Positions 61,401-64,000 of a DNA stretch of 64,000 bases are shown here, piece by piece. How positions within the stretch are numbered: position 1 is the stretch's first letter; each line of letters opens with the position of its first letter. This stretch comes from Eledone cirrhosa (taxonomy: Eukaryota). Made by a program: the position numbers and the translations under genes. The stretch lies in assembly GCA_964016885.1 (NCBI GenBank), contig OZ024741.1, positions 7,378,001 through 7,442,000 of the forward strand. The letters are read 5' to 3'. The notes under the pieces were generated by a model that worked only from the letters and a program-made list of their open reading frames with translations, was not told the origin of the DNA and made no database searches.

Positions 61401-64000
61401 CTCCATTTAAGGATGCTCGGGGATACTGCTTCCCTCCCGACTCCATTTAAAGATGGTCGGGGACTCTGCATTCCACCCGACTCCATTTAAGGATGGTCGG
61501 GGACATTGCTTCCCGCCCGACTCCATTTAAGGATGGTCGGGGACTCTGCTTTCCACCCGACTCCATTTAAGGATGGTCGGGTTCACTGCTTTCCACCCGA
61601 CTCCATTTAAGTATGGTCTGGGACACTGCTTCCCACCCGACTTCATTTAAATTTGGTCGGGGACTCTGCATTCCACCCGACTCCATTTAAGGATGGTCGG
61701 GGGCTCTGCTTTCCCCCCGACTCCATTTAAGGATGGTCAGGGACAATGCTTCCCACGCGACTCCATTTAAGGATGGTCGGGGACTCTGCTTTCCACCCGA
61801 CTCCATTTAAGGATGGTCGGGTACACTGCTTCCCAACCGACTCCATTTAAGGATGGTCGGGTACACTGCTTTACACCCGACTCCATTTAAGTATGGTCTG
61901 GGACACTGCTTCCCACCCGACTTTATTTAAATTTGGTCGGGGACTCTGCATTCCACCCGACTCCATTTAAGGATGGTCGGGGGCTCTGCTTTCCCCCCGA
62001 CTCCATTTAAGGATGGTCAGGGACACTGCTTCCCACGCGACTCCATTTAAGGATGGTCGGGGACTCTGCTTTCCACCCGACTCCATTTAAGGATGGTCGG
62101 GTACACTGCTTCCCACCCGACTCCATTTAAGGATGGTCGGGTACACTGCTTTACACCCGACTCCATTTAAAGATGGTAGGGGACATTGCTTCCCACCAGA
62201 CTCCATTTAAGGATGGTCGGGGACATTGCTTCCCACCCGACACCATTTAAGGATGGTCGGGGACACTGCTTCCCGTCCGCCTCCATTAAAGGACGGTCCG
62301 TGACACTGCTTCCCACCCGACTCCATTTAAGGATGGTCGGGGACACTGCTTCCCACCCGACTCCATTTAAGGATGGTCGTGGACACTGCTTCCCACCCGA
62401 CTGCATTTAAGAATGGTCGGGGACACTGCTTCTCACCCGACTCTATTTAAGGATGGTCGGGGACACTGCTTCCCAGCCGACTCTATTTAAGGATGGTCGG
62501 GGACACTGCTTCCCACCCGACTCCATTTAAGGATGGTCAATGAGATCGCTTCCCTCCCGACTCCATTTAAAGATGGTCGGGGACTCTGCTTTCCACCCGA
62601 CTCCATTTAAGGATGGTCGGGGGCTCTGCTTTCCACCCGACTCCATCTAAGGATGGTCGTGGTCTATGCTTTCCACCCGACTCCATTTAAAGATGGTCGG
62701 GGACACTGCTTCCCAACCGACTCCATTTAAGTATGGTCGGGGACAATGCTTCCCACTCGACTCCATTTAAGGATGCTTGGGGACACTTCTTCCCACCCGA
62801 CTCCATTTAAGGATGGCCGAGGACATCGCTCCCACCCTACTCCATTTAAGGATGGTCGGGGCCTCTGCTTTCCACCCGACTCCATTTAAGGATGGTCAGG
62901 GACAGTGCTTCCCACACGACACCATTTAAGGACGGTCGGGGACTCTGCTTTCCACCCGACTCCATTTATTGATGGTCGGGTACACTGCTTCACACCCGAC
63001 TCCATTTAAGGATGGTCGGGGACACTGCTTCCCACCCGACTCCATTTAAGGATGGTCTGGGACACTGCTGCACACCCGACTCCATTTAAGCATGGTCGTG
63101 GACATTCCTTCCCACCCGACTCTATTTAAGGATGATCCCGGATACTGCTTCCAACCCGACTCCATTTAAGGATGGTCGGGGCCTCTGCTTTCCACCCGAC
63201 TCCATTTAAGGACGGTCAGGGACAGTGCTTCCCACACGACTCCATTTAAGGACGGTCGGGGACCCTGCTTTCCACCCGACTCCATTTATTGATGGTCGGG
63301 TACACTGCTTACCACCCGACTCCATTTAAGGATGGTCGGGGACACTGCTTCCCACCCGACTCCATTTAAGGATGGTCTGGGACACTGCTGCACACCCGAC
63401 TCCATTTAAGCATGGTCAGGGACATTGCTTCCCACCCGACTCCATTTAAGTATGGTCGTGGACATTCCTTTCCAACCGACTCTATTTAAGGATGCTCGGG
63501 GACATTGCTTTCCGTCCGACTCCATTTAATGATGGTCCGGGACACTGCTTCCCACCCGACTCCATTTAAGTATGGTCGTGGACATTCCTTTCCAACCGAC
63601 TCTATTTAAGGATGCTCGGGGACATTGCTTCCCACCCGACTCCCTTTACCGATGGTAGGGTACATTGCTTCCCACGCGACTCCATTTAAGGATGGTTGGG
63701 GACATTGCTTCCCTCCCGACTCCATTTAAGGATGGTCGGGGACATTTCTTCCCACGCGACTCCATTTAAGGATGGTTGGGGACATTGCTTCCCACCCGAC
63801 TCCATTTAAGGATGGTCGGGACAGTGATTCCCACCCGACTCCATTTAAGGATGGTCGGGGACATTGCTTCCCACCCGTCTCCATTTAAGTATGGTCGGGG
63901 ACACTGCTTTCCGTCCGACTCCATTTAATGATGGTCCGGGACACGGCTTCCCACCCGACTCCATTTAAGGATGGTCGGGGACACTGCTTCCCACCCGACT
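55481..64000. repeat. 40-bp tandem satellite (>210 units, runs off window end) with higher-order repeats
   Basis: Unit CCATTTAAGGATGGTCGGGGACACTGCTTCCCACCCGACT; variant blocks recur at 2116-2156, 280 and 320 bp offsets. Confidence 0.97.

Overview
Eukaryotic, repeat-saturated window with no confidently identifiable host gene. The SINE families, CORE-like domain and microsatellite load resemble an octopod cephalopod genome (inference). Four satellite arrays are present: a 60-mer (1-9855), a 41-mer (31637-34391), a 21-mer (37863-43323) and a 40-mer (55481-end), plus many microsatellites. The only real long coding sequence is a head-to-tail pair of full-length L1-group (Tx1-like) retrotransposons, both inserted at the same TGTCTG site at the end of a (TCTG)-type microsatellite. 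Other elements include tRNA-derived SINEs, a split and partly inverted CR1/L2-type LINE, Penelope-like remnants with minimal hammerhead ribozymes, and TA-flanked MITEs. Most notable: (1) the 60-mer and 21-mer satellites both appear to derive from the head of a tRNA/CORE-SINE present in the window, and both lack its B box; (2) apparent microsatellite-targeted tandem insertion of the Tx1-like element; (3) hammerhead motifs sharing a GAAA-TATA(TA)-TA stem III, one within a 325-bp inverted repeat. Nearly all long ORFs in the ORF track are repeat artefacts. Coordinates and alignments were read by eye.
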